The notes: a model not told the origin generated them from the sequence alone. A stretch of DNA of 64,000 bases from Actinomycetota bacterium (GCA_046731605.1 JBKPLL010000056.1:1664-65663), one strand, 5' to 3'. Counted from the stretch's first letter, positions 1-8,520 are shown. Numbers and translations: made by a program.

Positions 1-1
1 A

Positions 2-316
2 CTCCTCGGAGGTCACCAGCCTTCGCTCAACGCGGCGGAGCGCACCGCGCAGCAGCTCAACCGGCGTCTTCGGCGTTGTCGCCCTCTTCCAGTCGAGGAG
101 CGTCTCAAGCATCCAACGCTTCTCTTCGCCCTGGAGGCCGGAGAGTGCAATCGCCGCCGTCCTTGGGTCATACGCTGTGCTCCTGCGGCCGATACGCAGG
201 TTCGCGCGAGCAGCGCAACGAGGGAGAGCTTCAATTCTGTTACGGCGGATGCGCCGGAGGGACTCGGTGGTAGCCACGTTGTGGCCGAATACAAAGGTGT
301 TTTTGGGTCTGGACAT
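2..316 (-). CDS. hypothetical protein, partial (start in window, 3' end beyond window edge)
   Basis: ATG at 314-316 (minus) opens a frame that runs 105 codons to the window edge without a stop. It is absent from the ORF track because no stop is in view. Codons mostly end in G/C. No motif recognised. Confidence 0.3.
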   Translation of the reverse strand, partial: MSRPKNTFVFGHNVATTESLRRIRRNRIEALPRCAARANLRIGRRSTAYDPRTAAIALSGLQGEEKRWMLETLLDWKRATTPKTPVELLRGALRRVERRLVTSEE

Positions 317-353
317 AATCGGCGGCACCTATCCGCCTCTGGGGGTCTGAGGG

Positions 354-482
354 TTACGTCTTGGTCTTCGTCGCCTTGGCTTCGCGCTCGAGACGCTTGG
401 CTCTCAGCTCGGCTTGGCGCTCTCGGAAGCGGGCCGTTGTCTCGTCAGCCCGCCGGGCGCGGTTAGTGGTGGAGTCAGGCAT
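354..482 (-). CDS. small basic helical peptide (42 aa), hypothetical
   Basis: ATG 482 to TAA 354: MPDSTTNRARRADETTARFRERQAELRAKRLEREAKATKTKT. Lies 37 nt upstream of the ORF starting at 316 on the same strand. Below the track cutoff. No family recognised. Confidence 0.2.
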   Translation of the reverse strand: MPDSTTNRARRADETTARFRERQAELRAKRLEREAKATKTKT

Positions 483-788
483 CTCTACGTACTAGGGTCT
501 AACGCCGCACAGGGACTGAGCGTGGTCAGCGTGGGTCAGCCTCCTAGGGCGACAGATTCCAGACTTCGTACCGCGCCCTGTTGGGTGCAGCCGGGATAGG
601 ACAGAGTTCGCGTCGGACGGATCAATCGCTCCAGCCGTGGGCGGCACGAGCCGGAGGCAACCAGCTCTCGGGCTATGAGAACGAGGCGATGCCGAGGCGC
701 CTGTTAGACGCTCAGGCTTGACCGTCTCGAAGGTGTGGAGCGGGGGAGAGGCGAGTATCGCCTCGCCTCATCCCTCCCAAGGCTCCGG

Positions 789-977
789 TCAGGTCTGCTG
801 CTGAGGCTGGCCGTCGTCGCGCAGGTGCGCGAGCACGTCGGCCACGTCAGCGAGTTGCTGTTCAAGGTCGCGCTGGTAGCTCTCGAGCCTTTCGATCAGC
901 TCAGGCCGGCTAGGAAACCGGCCACCGAACAGACCGCGCCGACCTCCGTGCCAGAGGCCATGATGGCGATGGTGCAT
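789..977 (-). CDS. small His/Gly-rich plus coiled-coil protein co-oriented just downstream of the PadR gene
   Basis: 62-aa track ORF with ATG start, 6 nt after the PadR stop. Gly-rich N-terminus followed by a heptad-like LIERLESYQRDLEQQLADVADVLAHL. This kind of small partner is common next to padR genes (from memory, not searched). Confidence 0.5.
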   Translation of the reverse strand: MHHRHHGLWHGGRRGLFGGRFPSRPELIERLESYQRDLEQQLADVADVLAHLRDDGQPQQQT

Positions 978-983
978 TTGTGT

Positions 984-1358
984 TCACCTCCTCTCCTCGT
1001 ACCGTGCGAGAAAGCGGGCGGTGCGCTCCTGGGAGCGCTGCAGCGCCTCGGCCCAGTGGTCGAGCAGCCGCTCGCCCGCGGGTGTGAGTGCGTAGCGACG
1101 CTTGGCGGGGCCGGGGGAGGAGTCGTCCCACTCGGAGGAGACGAGCCCTTCCTCCTCGAGCCCGCGCAGGAGCCGGTAGAGGTTCCCCATCTCGATGCGT
1201 GCCTCGCCGGTCAGCTCGGGCAGCCGCTCGAGCAGGTCGTAGCCGTGCGCCGGACGCTCGCGCAAGAGCAGCAGGAGCGCCGGCTCGGCGAAACGTTCCA
1301 CCCGGGCCAGCACGCGCCAGCGGCCGTGGTGGTGGCGGCGTGCGCGTGGCCCCCTCAT
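984..1358 (-). CDS. PadR family transcriptional regulator
   Basis: 124-aa track ORF with a winged-helix PadR signature: LLLLLRERPAHGYDLLERL...NLYRLLRGLEEEGLV...KRRYALTPAG. Confidence 0.85.
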   Translation of the reverse strand: MRGPRARRHHHGRWRVLARVERFAEPALLLLLRERPAHGYDLLERLPELTGEARIEMGNLYRLLRGLEEEGLVSSEWDDSSPGPAKRRYALTPAGERLLDHWAEALQRSQERTARFLARYEERR

Positions 1359-1367
1359 CTACTATCT

Positions 1368-1395
1368 ACATGTAAAAAACACATGTAAGACACAT
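1368..1395. promoter_or_regulatory. AT-rich ACATGT/ACAT dyads in the divergent padR promoter region (PadR-operator-like)
   Basis: Sequence ACATGTaaaaaacACATGTaagacACAT sits between the padR start (1358) and the divergent gene start (1445). It contains ATGT-N7-ACAT and ATGT-N5-ACAT inverted half-sites. Confidence 0.4.
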
Positions 1396-1444
1396 TACCG
1401 GTTTTGCAGGGTTCTGGGTAACCCTGGCTAAACTCGGTGGCCGG

Positions 1445-2065
1445 ATGAGGGTCACGAAAGTCGCAACCACGCGCCAGTGCGCCGTCTGCGAACGGACGTT
1501 GCTGATGGGCGAGCGCGCCGCGAGCTTCGCCCCGTCGGAGGGCGCGGAGCTCGTCGACGTCTGCCCGCTCTGCCAGGAGCTGGCGATCGAGGCGGGCTGG
1601 ATCAAGGAGGGCGCTCCGACGACGCCGACGCTCGAGAACGCGCGCCGTCGCCGCCGCAAGCGCAACCTCGTCGAGTTTCTCGGCCTGACACGGACCAATG
1701 ACGAGGGCGCGCTCGCGCGGCAGGAGCCGATCCTACGCAAGCTTTCCGACGGCGAGGTCGCGCTGCTCGAGGCTGCGGATCTGTTCAACGGCAGCGCCTA
1801 CCGGCGCACCGTCGGCGGCATCGCGAAGAGCCTCGGCGAGCCGAGCGCGAGCATCGTGCCGCTCTCCGGCACGTCCGGCGAGCTGGCCGTAACAGTCGCC
1901 TGGGAGCTGTCCTGGTACCAGTACCGCGTCAGCCCGGATTCCGCCCAGCCCGTGCGGCTCGAGCGGCGAGGCCACGAGCTCGACGAGCTGGACGAGGGGT
2001 TCAAGGACTGGAACGCGCAGGTCGAGGACGAGGGCCGCCTCGTCCCCGAGATCGCGCGGCTCTAG
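1445..2065 (+). CDS. hypothetical protein with N-terminal CxxC...CxxC zinc-ribbon-like motif
   Basis: 206-aa track ORF with ATG start and G/C-ending codons. Motif CAVCER...CPLCQE. No family recognised. Confidence 0.7.
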   Translation: MRVTKVATTRQCAVCERTLLMGERAASFAPSEGAELVDVCPLCQELAIEAGWIKEGAPTTPTLENARRRRRKRNLVEFLGLTRTNDEGALARQEPILRKLSDGEVALLEAADLFNGSAYRRTVGGIAKSLGEPSASIVPLSGTSGELAVTVAWELSWYQYRVSPDSAQPVRLERRGHELDELDEGFKDWNAQVEDEGRLVPEIARL

Positions 2066-2068
2066 CTC

Positions 2069-3112
2069 TCAGCTGGTTCCCGGGAAGGTCCCGAGCTTCA
2101 GGTGGAGCGTCTTGCGCGCTCCGCGTTGCGTCACGACCTCGAGCGACACGGTCGTCCCCGGCTTCAGCTCCGAGACGACGCTCGTCAGGTCGTCCACGGT
2201 CGCCGTCCTCTTGCCGTTGACGGACGTGATCACGTCGCCCGGCGCGAGCCCGGCTTTTGCGGCCGGCCCGCCCGGCGCGACGCTCTGCACGAGCACGCCG
2301 GCGCCGTTCGTGTCCCCGATCTGGACGCCGAGATAGGCGCGATGGGAATTGACGACGTGGCCGAAGCGGATGATCTGCGTCGCGACGTCGCTGACGAGGT
2401 TGCTCGGGATGGCGAAGCCGATGCCGGGCGCCGCGGCTCCTCCGAGCTCGGGGTCGGCCGCGGCGAGCGTGGGGATCCCGATCACGCGGCCCTGGAGATC
2501 GGCGAGCGCTCCGCCCGAGTTCCCGGGGTTGATCGCCGCGCTCGTCTGGATCATGAGCGGCAGCGCGACGCCGTTGCCCTCGGAGACGCCCTGGCGGAAG
2601 GCGCTGACGATGCCGTCCGTGACGCTCGAGCGCAGCCCCAGCGGGTTGCCGATCGCGATCGCGAAGTCCCCGACGTCGAGCTTGCTCGAGTCCGCGAACG
2701 ACGCAGGCGTGAGCTTCGCCCCCGAGACGTGGACGACTGCGAGGTCGTCCGGCGCAAAACGACCGACGAGCGAGGCGCGGTACGAGTGCGCGCCCGCCGT
2801 TACCGCGTACGGTCCGCCGCCGGCGACGACGTGGTTGTTCGTGACGATGTCGCCGTCCGAGTCGAAGACGACCCCCGAGCCGAGTCCCTCGGGGCTCTGG
2901 ATCTGGACGACGGAGGGCGAGAGCTCGCGGACGACGGCCGTGATTGCGTCCTGGAACGCGAGTGCCGCCGCCGCGGGCTTGAGGCGTGCGTGGCTCGTCT
3001 TGGGGGCGGTGTTCGAGGACGAGCCGCCCCCAAGCGACACGGCCGCGACGACCGCTCCGGCGACGGCCGCGCCGGCGAGCGGCGCGAGCCACCAGATGTG
3101 CCGGCGCAGCAT
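2069..3112 (-). CDS. S1C trypsin-like serine protease with C-terminal PDZ domain (HtrA/DegP-like), membrane anchored
   Basis: C-terminal 347 aa of track ORF 2069..4924, starting at ATG 3112. N-terminal TM segment. Triad contexts TNNHVV, DDLAVV, GNSGGAL. PDZ-like tail GVLVQSVAPGGPAAKAGLAPGDVI. Confidence 0.9.
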   Translation of the reverse strand: MLRRHIWWLAPLAGAAVAGAVVAAVSLGGGSSSNTAPKTSHARLKPAAAALAFQDAITAVVRELSPSVVQIQSPEGLGSGVVFDSDGDIVTNNHVVAGGGPYAVTAGAHSYRASLVGRFAPDDLAVVHVSGAKLTPASFADSSKLDVGDFAIAIGNPLGLRSSVTDGIVSAFRQGVSEGNGVALPLMIQTSAAINPGNSGGALADLQGRVIGIPTLAAADPELGGAAAPGIGFAIPSNLVSDVATQIIRFGHVVNSHRAYLGVQIGDTNGAGVLVQSVAPGGPAAKAGLAPGDVITSVNGKRTATVDDLTSVVSELKPGTTVSLEVVTQRGARKTLHLKLGTFPGTS

Positions 3113-3174
3113 CCGCCTCTTATACCGGCGCGGTCGGGCGGCCCAGCCGGTCTCCGTCCTATGATCAGAGCGCC

Positions 3175-3402
3175 GTGATCTATTGCGTGATTCCCCGCGA
3201 GCTCGCCGACGAGCTGTACGACAAGATGGTCGACTACTACAAGGAGAACCCGAACGTGACCGTGATCGTCGACCGCCGCGAGGGACCGGATCGCCGCAAG
3301 GTTGGCGAACAGCGGCTCGAGGACAAGGAACAGCGCACGCTGCGCGACCGCCGCCGCGCGCACCCGGGCAAGTTCCCGGATGTCGACGCCCCACCCGAGT
3401 AG
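3175..3402 (+). CDS. small charged hypothetical protein (75 aa)
   Basis: GTG 3175 inside track ORF 2986..3402: VIYCVIPRELADELYDKMVDYYKENPNVTVIVDRREGPDRR... G/C-ending codons. Start uncertain (second GTG at 3187). Confidence 0.45.
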   Translation: MIYCVIPRELADELYDKMVDYYKENPNVTVIVDRREGPDRRKVGEQRLEDKEQRTLRDRRRAHPGKFPDVDAPPE

Positions 3403-3421
3403 CGCCCGCTAGGCTCGCCGC

Positions 3422-4933
3422 ATGGCGACGACAACGGGCACCAACTTCAAGAACTTCATCGGCGGCGAGTGGGTGGACGCCGCTTCGGGCGAGACCTTCG
3501 AGAGCACGAGCCCCGCGACCGGCGAGACGATCGGTGTCTTCCCGCGCTCCGGTGCCGAGGACGTCGACCGCGCGGTCGCGGTCGCGAAAGAGGCGTTCGC
3601 GGAGTGGCGGCTCGTGCCGGCACCCAAGCGCGGCGAGATCCTCTTCGGCCTCGCGCGACTGCTCGAGCAGGAGAAGGCGGCGCTCACCGACCTGATGACG
3701 CGCGAGATGGGCAAGGTGAAGGCCGAGGCGGGCGGCGACGTCCAGGAGGCGATCGACATCACGTACTACATGGCCGGCGAGGGAAGGCGCCTCTTCGGTC
3801 ACACCACTCCGTCGGAGCTGCGGGACAAGTGGAACATGAGCGTCCGGCAGCCCATCGGCGTCGTGGGAGCGATCACCCCGTGGAACTTCCCGGTCGCGAT
3901 CCCGTCCTGGAAGCTGATCCCGGCGCTCGTCTGCGGGAACACCGTCGTGCTCAAGCCTGCCACCGACACCCCCGCGCTGGCCGAGCGCTTCGTCGAGCTG
4001 CTCGCCGAGGCCGGGATCCCGGACGGAGTCGTCAACATCGTCCACGGCGGCGGCGGCACGGTCGGCGAGCGGATGGTGCGCCACCCCGACGTCCGCGTGA
4101 TCACGCTCACGGGCTCCCGCGAGACCGGCGTCGAGGTGCTGAAGGCAGCGGCCGAGACCCTCACGCACGTGCACCTCGAGCTCGGCGGCAAGAACGCGAT
4201 CGTCGTCCTCGACGACGCCGACCTCGAGCTCGCCGTCGACGGGATTCTCTGGTCGGCGTTCGGCACGTCGGGCCAGCGCTGCACTGCCGCGTCGCGCGTG
4301 ATCGTGCAGAAGGGCGCGTACCAGGAGCTCCAGTCGCGGCTCGTCGAGCGTGTCGAGAAGCTGCGGCTCGGGCCGGGCTGGGAGGACGACACCGACATCG
4401 GCCCGGTCATCAACAGGACCGCGCTGGACAAGATCCACTCCTACACCGAGATCGGGAAAGACGAGGGCGCGAAGCTTCTCACGGGCGGCGAGGTGGCCGG
4501 CGACGGCGACCTCGGCAAGGGCTTCTTCTACCGGCCGACGATCTTCGCGGACGTCGATCCGCAGATGCGGATCGCGCAAGAGGAGATCTTCGGCCCGACG
4601 ACGGCGCTCATCCCGGTGGAGGGCCTCGACGAGGCTATCCGCGTCTCCAACGGGATCAAGTACGGCCTCTCGTCGTCGATCTTCACGCGCGACGTCAATG
4701 CCGCCTTCCGCGCGATGCGCGACCTCGAGGCGGGGATCACCTACGTCAACGCCGGCACGATCGGCGCCGAGGTGCATTTGCCGTTTGGCGGCACCAAGGA
4801 CACGGGCAACGGCCATCGCGAGGCGGGCCAGGCCGCGCTCGACGTGTTCACCGAGTGGAAGTCGATCTACGTCGACTACTCGGGCCGGTTGCAGCGCGCG
4901 CAGATCGACACCGAAGAGCACCACGCGCCTTGA
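3422..4933 (+). CDS. NAD(P)-dependent aldehyde dehydrogenase family protein
   Basis: 503-aa track ORF. ALDH motifs ITPWNFP, ELGGKN and catalytic Cys context GQRCTA. Confidence 0.9.
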   Translation: MATTTGTNFKNFIGGEWVDAASGETFESTSPATGETIGVFPRSGAEDVDRAVAVAKEAFAEWRLVPAPKRGEILFGLARLLEQEKAALTDLMTREMGKVKAEAGGDVQEAIDITYYMAGEGRRLFGHTTPSELRDKWNMSVRQPIGVVGAITPWNFPVAIPSWKLIPALVCGNTVVLKPATDTPALAERFVELLAEAGIPDGVVNIVHGGGGTVGERMVRHPDVRVITLTGSRETGVEVLKAAAETLTHVHLELGGKNAIVVLDDADLELAVDGILWSAFGTSGQRCTAASRVIVQKGAYQELQSRLVERVEKLRLGPGWEDDTDIGPVINRTALDKIHSYTEIGKDEGAKLLTGGEVAGDGDLGKGFFYRPTIFADVDPQMRIAQEEIFGPTTALIPVEGLDEAIRVSNGIKYGLSSSIFTRDVNAAFRAMRDLEAGITYVNAGTIGAEVHLPFGGTKDTGNGHREAGQAALDVFTEWKSIYVDYSGRLQRAQIDTEEHHAP

Positions 4934-5865
4934 GATACCGGCAGCTGGGCGACAGCGATCTCCAGGTCTCGGAGATCTGCCTCGGCACGTGGACGACGTT
5001 CGGCGGGAGCCTCGGCGACGACGTGGCAGCCGCGCTCGTCGACGCTGCGTTCGACGCCGGCGTCAACTTCTTCGACACCGCGAACATCTATGGCGATGGC
5101 CGCTCGGAGGAGGTGCTCGGCCGCGCGCTCGCCGGACGGCAGCGTGACTCGTTCGTGGTGGCGACGAAGGTCTTCGGCGAGATGCCGAACGGCGACCGGG
5201 GCCTCTCACGCGAGCAGGTGCTGAAGCAGATCGACGACTCGCTCGGGCGGCTGCAGCTCGACCACGTCGACCTCTACCAGTGCCATGCCTGGGATCCCGA
5301 CGTCCCGCTGGACGAGACGCTCGGCGCGCTCACCGAGGTCGTGCACGCGGGCAAGGCACGCTTCGTCGGCGTCTCGAACTGGACCGGTGAGCAGATCCGC
5401 AACGCCGTCCAACTCGCCCGCGAGCGCGGCTTCGCGAAGATCGTCTCCTCGCAGCCCGAGTACTCCCTGCTTCACCCCGAACCCGAAGACGAGGTGATCC
5501 CGGCCTCGCGCGAGAACGGCGTCTCCCAGATCGTCTACTCGCCGCTCGCGCAGGGCGTGCTGAGCGGCAAGTACCCGCCCGGCGAGTCCTACGCGCAGGA
5601 CACCCGTGCGGCCGCGCGCGGTGACGGGTTCATGTCGCGGTTCCTGGCGAACGAGGTGCTCGAGCGGGTGCAGCGTCTGGTGCCGGTCGCGGACGGCCTC
5701 GGGATCACGACCGCGCAGCTCGCGCTGGCCTGGATCTTGCGCGAGCCCAACGTCGCGAGCGCGATCGTCGGCGCGTCGCGGCCGGAGCAGCTGCGCGACA
5801 ACGCCGCCGCGTCGGGTGTCGAGCTCGACGAGGAGACGCTGCGGGCGATCGAAGCCGCTGTGTAA
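4930..5865 (+). CDS. aldo/keto reductase
   Basis: In track ORF 3469..5865. TTG 4930 overlaps the ALDH stop (TTGA). Typical AKR N-terminus (L)RYRQLGDSDLQVSEICLGTW, plus DTANIYG and HAWD motifs. Confidence 0.85.
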   Translation: MRYRQLGDSDLQVSEICLGTWTTFGGSLGDDVAAALVDAAFDAGVNFFDTANIYGDGRSEEVLGRALAGRQRDSFVVATKVFGEMPNGDRGLSREQVLKQIDDSLGRLQLDHVDLYQCHAWDPDVPLDETLGALTEVVHAGKARFVGVSNWTGEQIRNAVQLARERGFAKIVSSQPEYSLLHPEPEDEVIPASRENGVSQIVYSPLAQGVLSGKYPPGESYAQDTRAAARGDGFMSRFLANEVLERVQRLVPVADGLGITTAQLALAWILREPNVASAIVGASRPEQLRDNAAASGVELDEETLRAIEAAV

Positions 5866-5875
5866 AGGTGCGCCG

Positions 5876-6187
5876 GTGAACCGGAAGCTCGTCGTGTTCG
5901 TGCCGCGCGAAGCCCTCGACGGCGTGCGGGAGGCGCTGTTCGCTGCCGGTGCCGGCCGGATCGGCGCCTACGAGCGCTGCTCCTGGTACACGGAGGGCAC
6001 CGGCACGTTTCTCGGCGGAAAGGGGACGTCGCCGAGCGTCGGGCAAGCCGGCCGCGAGGAGCGCGTCGCCGAGCTGCGGCTCGAGACGGTCTTCCCGGCC
6101 GAGCGCCAGGACGAGGTGCTCGACGCGCTGCGTCGCGCCCACCCGTACGAGGAGCCGGCGTTCGACGTCTACGAGCTTGCGGGGTGA
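5876..6187 (+). CDS. small NIF3-related (PII-like module) protein, function unknown
   Basis: GTG 5876 with AAGGTG 7 nt upstream, inside track ORF 5606..6187. 103 aa resembling the insert/C-terminal module of NIF3 (GTP cyclohydrolase 1 type 2) homologues. Family assignment is from memory. Confidence 0.6.
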   Translation: MNRKLVVFVPREALDGVREALFAAGAGRIGAYERCSWYTEGTGTFLGGKGTSPSVGQAGREERVAELRLETVFPAERQDEVLDALRRAHPYEEPAFDVYELAG

Positions 6188-6591
6188 AAGCGCGGCTCTT
6201 CACGGACGGCGGTGCGCGAGGCAACCCAGGCCCGGCCGCCTACGGCTACGTGCTCGAGGCGGAGGACGGAACGGTGCTCGCCGCACACGGCGAGGCGATC
6301 GGCGTCGCGACGAACAACGTGGCGGAGTACCGCGGTCTCGTCGCCGGTCTGGAGCGCGCCGCCGAGCTGCAGCTGGGGGAGGTGGAGGTCGTCTCCGATT
6401 CCGAGCTGCTGGTAAAGCAGATGAACGGCGAGTATCGGGTCAAGAACGAGGCGCTGCGCGAGCTCTCCCTGCAGGCGGCGCGGCTTGCGAGGCAGGTCGG
6501 AACGGTGCGCTACACGGCCGTCCGGCGGGAGCACAACGAACTCGCCGACCGCCTGGTGAACGAGGCTCTGGACGCAGCCGACCTCGGCTAG
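6184..6591 (+). CDS. rnhA: ribonuclease HI family protein
   Basis: 135-aa track ORF. GTG start overlaps the upstream stop. Motifs DGGARGNPGPAAYG...NNVAEY...SDSELLVKQM...NELADRL. Confidence 0.85.
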   Translation: MKARLFTDGGARGNPGPAAYGYVLEAEDGTVLAAHGEAIGVATNNVAEYRGLVAGLERAAELQLGEVEVVSDSELLVKQMNGEYRVKNEALRELSLQAARLARQVGTVRYTAVRREHNELADRLVNEALDAADLG

Positions 6592-6605
6592 AATGCCCCT
6601 CCCAC

Positions 6606-6679
6606 GCGGATGTAGCTCAGTTGGCTAGAGCGTCTGCTTGCCATGCAGAAGGTCGTGGGTTCGAGTCCCATCATCCGCT
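6606..6679 (+). tRNA. tRNA-Gly (anticodon GCC)
   Basis: Cloverleaf read by hand: acceptor GCGGATG/CATCCGC, D arm GCTC-AGTTGGCTA-GAGC, anticodon arm TCTGC-TTGCCAT-GCAGA, T arm GTGGG-TTCGAGT-CCCAT, discriminator T. Confidence 0.9.
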
Positions 6680-6716
6680 CTTCTTTCCTGAACCCGCTGG
6701 AAACGGCGGGTTTTTT
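6676..6716 (+). repeat. direct repeat copy 1 (last 4 nt of tRNA-Gly plus its terminator)
   Basis: cgctcttctttcctgaacccgctggaaacggcgggtttttt. It matches 7961-7997 at 36 of 37 positions, with gaps totalling 4 nt. Confidence 0.75.
6693..6716 (+). terminator. intrinsic terminator after tRNA-Gly
   Basis: Hairpin CCCGC-tggaaacg-GCGGG followed by TTTTTT. Confidence 0.6.
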
Positions 6717-6758
6717 CATGCATGCAGGGTCGCGCTTCGTCGCTTTGCAGCTAGTGGA

Positions 6759-7676
6759 CTAGTTCGTGTCGTAGCCGAGGACTTGGACGAGGTCTTGCGT
6801 GGCGTCCGCGAAGTAGGCAAGGATCTCGTCGTCGAATTGCGCGCGCCAGTCGCCGGCTGTTCCCTTCCGAAGGTGATGACTGATGTCCTCGGTTCCCTTT
6901 GGGCGGCCGCCGGTGATGGTCTCGAACGAGAATCGGGATGCAAGATGCCCCAGCTCTTCTTCGGGCATCGGCACCTCGAGGTAGTCGAGTAGCTCGCGGA
7001 GGAACCTCGACTCGTTTGCCGCTCTGTCCTCGTACCGGAAGACCCGGACGTTCTCGTCGGCATCGGCTTCCGCGCTGGCCCAGGAACGCTGCGCCTCGAA
7101 GAAGCCGAGTTCAGCAAGGGTGTCGATGACGTAGCGCAGGCCCGCTCGCTTGTCGAGAGGCTGAAGGTCGGCTCGCATACGCGGGATGACGCCGACGGGT
7201 GTATGCGACACCAACGCGGCATAGTAGAAGGAGACGACGGCATCGCGCGGGTCACGCATCACGAAGAAGGTCTTGTAGCGGGAGGGCTTCGGGATCGAAA
7301 GGTAGGTCGGGTAGTCGACGTAGAGGTGACACGCGAGCGTACGCCGCGCGAAAGCCCTCCGGAGGCGCTCATCCGCACGGGCGGAGCGGAGCCCGACCTC
7401 GAAATAGGGCTCTACGCTCAGGCCGCTCCAGCGCCAGAATGTCTCATGCTGGAACACCGCCCTCAGCGTTTGGCTCCCGGTTCGCTGCGTGCAGCAGTAG
7501 TAGACGTTCTCATATGGCACTCTCGCCTCGAGACCGATCCCGAGCCTGTGCTTGATCGTGAGCCTGCGCCGTAAACGCGCGTACGAACGCTCGAACGCGG
7601 ACGAAGATGTCGCACGGGGATGGAGCAAGACCCCGAGCCTTAGACCACCAGCTTCTTTGGATTGTTTGTCAACCAT
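6759..7676 (-). CDS. sulfotransferase family protein (PAPS-dependent type)
   Basis: ATG 7676 within track ORF 6759..7928. 5'-PSB-like TQRTGSQTL, 3'-PB-like FVMRDPRDAVVSFY, C-terminal RKGTAGDW. Codon usage is less GC-biased than the flanks. Confidence 0.7.
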   Translation of the reverse strand: MVDKQSKEAGGLRLGVLLHPRATSSSAFERSYARLRRRLTIKHRLGIGLEARVPYENVYYCCTQRTGSQTLRAVFQHETFWRWSGLSVEPYFEVGLRSARADERLRRAFARRTLACHLYVDYPTYLSIPKPSRYKTFFVMRDPRDAVVSFYYAALVSHTPVGVIPRMRADLQPLDKRAGLRYVIDTLAELGFFEAQRSWASAEADADENVRVFRYEDRAANESRFLRELLDYLEVPMPEEELGHLASRFSFETITGGRPKGTEDISHHLRKGTAGDWRAQFDDEILAYFADATQDLVQVLGYDTN

Positions 7677-7960
7677 CCGCACGACCAGGAGTTCGAGTGT
7701 GGCTCCCTGATCGTTGTGGCCCAAGGCTGTACGCGCCGGTGGTATCGATGTTCCCGCTCCTGACCTTCTGACAGTGCATGGACACGCTTCCCGACCCGAA
7801 GCTGTTCGAGGAGTTGTGGGCGAGCATTTTCCCTGTAGGAGTCTGTGGGAAACGCGCGCCCGTAGTCGTGTGCACGCGATCGCGGACGGGATGACCTCGG
7901 AGGACGCGTCAACCGGCACGGACGGCAAGACCGCCCCGTTCGGAACGGAATGTAGGCGCG

Positions 7961-7997
7961 CGCTCTTCCCGAACCCGCTGGAAACGGTGGGTTTTTT
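7961..7997 (+). repeat. direct repeat copy 2 (orphan copy of the tRNA-Gly 3' end/terminator)
   Basis: cgctcttcccgaacccgctggaaacggtgggtttttt. The hairpin is retained with one G-U pair. No plus-strand gene upstream for it to terminate. Confidence 0.75.
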
Positions 7998-8042
7998 ACC
8001 GGTCGGAGGGCCCCACCCGGGGCCTTCCGGGATGCTTATCGG

Positions 8043-8520
8043 CTAGCGGCCCTCGCAGACGATCTCGACGGCGTTGGTGGTCGCAGCCCCGTTGCCGTCG
8101 AGCGCGTACTTGAACTGCGAGCCGCTGGTGTAAATGTAGGTCACGTGAGCCCCCGTGCGGGACGGCGTGACGTTTGAACCGAAGCAGACGTAGCTCGTGG
8201 CACGAAGTGAATCTCGCCGACCCGGGCAGGTTGATGCTCACCTTGGCGTCGTTGGCCGTCAGATAAACCACGTGCCAGCCGCTCCGCAGGGGCCGGCCGG
8301 ACCGATGGCACCGCAGGGAGAACCGGGAACGCCGGGCGGCCCGCCAGGTCCGGCGGGGCCCGCAGGCCCGATGGGCCCGGCAGGAGCGGCAGGCCCGGCA
8401 GGACGTCTTCTATGCGACGTTCACGACGAAGACCGCCGGCATGCCCTTCATGGGAACCGTGATCGCCCCGCTTGCCGGCTGACCGAAGCCGGGTCTGCTG
8501 CTGCTCAGGTGGTCAACCAC
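8043..8520 (-). pseudogene. frameshifted collagen-like (Gly-X-Y) repeat protein gene remnant
   Basis: Minus-strand pieces in three frames. First a short N-terminal piece ending in TAG. Then PAGPAAPAGPIGPAGPAGPGGPPGVPGSP... Then VVYLTANDAKVSINLPGSARFTSCHE. Then SYVCFGSNVTPSRTGAHVTYIYTSGSQFKYALDGNGAATTNAVEIVCEGR-stop (stop at 8043). Each piece has G/C-ending codons, but no single frame is open. Confidence 0.4.

Noticed and set aside
2069-4924. 951-aa minus-strand ORF spanning the whole aldehyde dehydrogenase gene
   Set aside because: Only the last 347 aa (from ATG 3112) look like a real protein (HtrA-like). The rest is an Arg/Asp/Leu-rich shadow frame antisense to a well-supported ALDH gene, which is typical of very GC-rich DNA.
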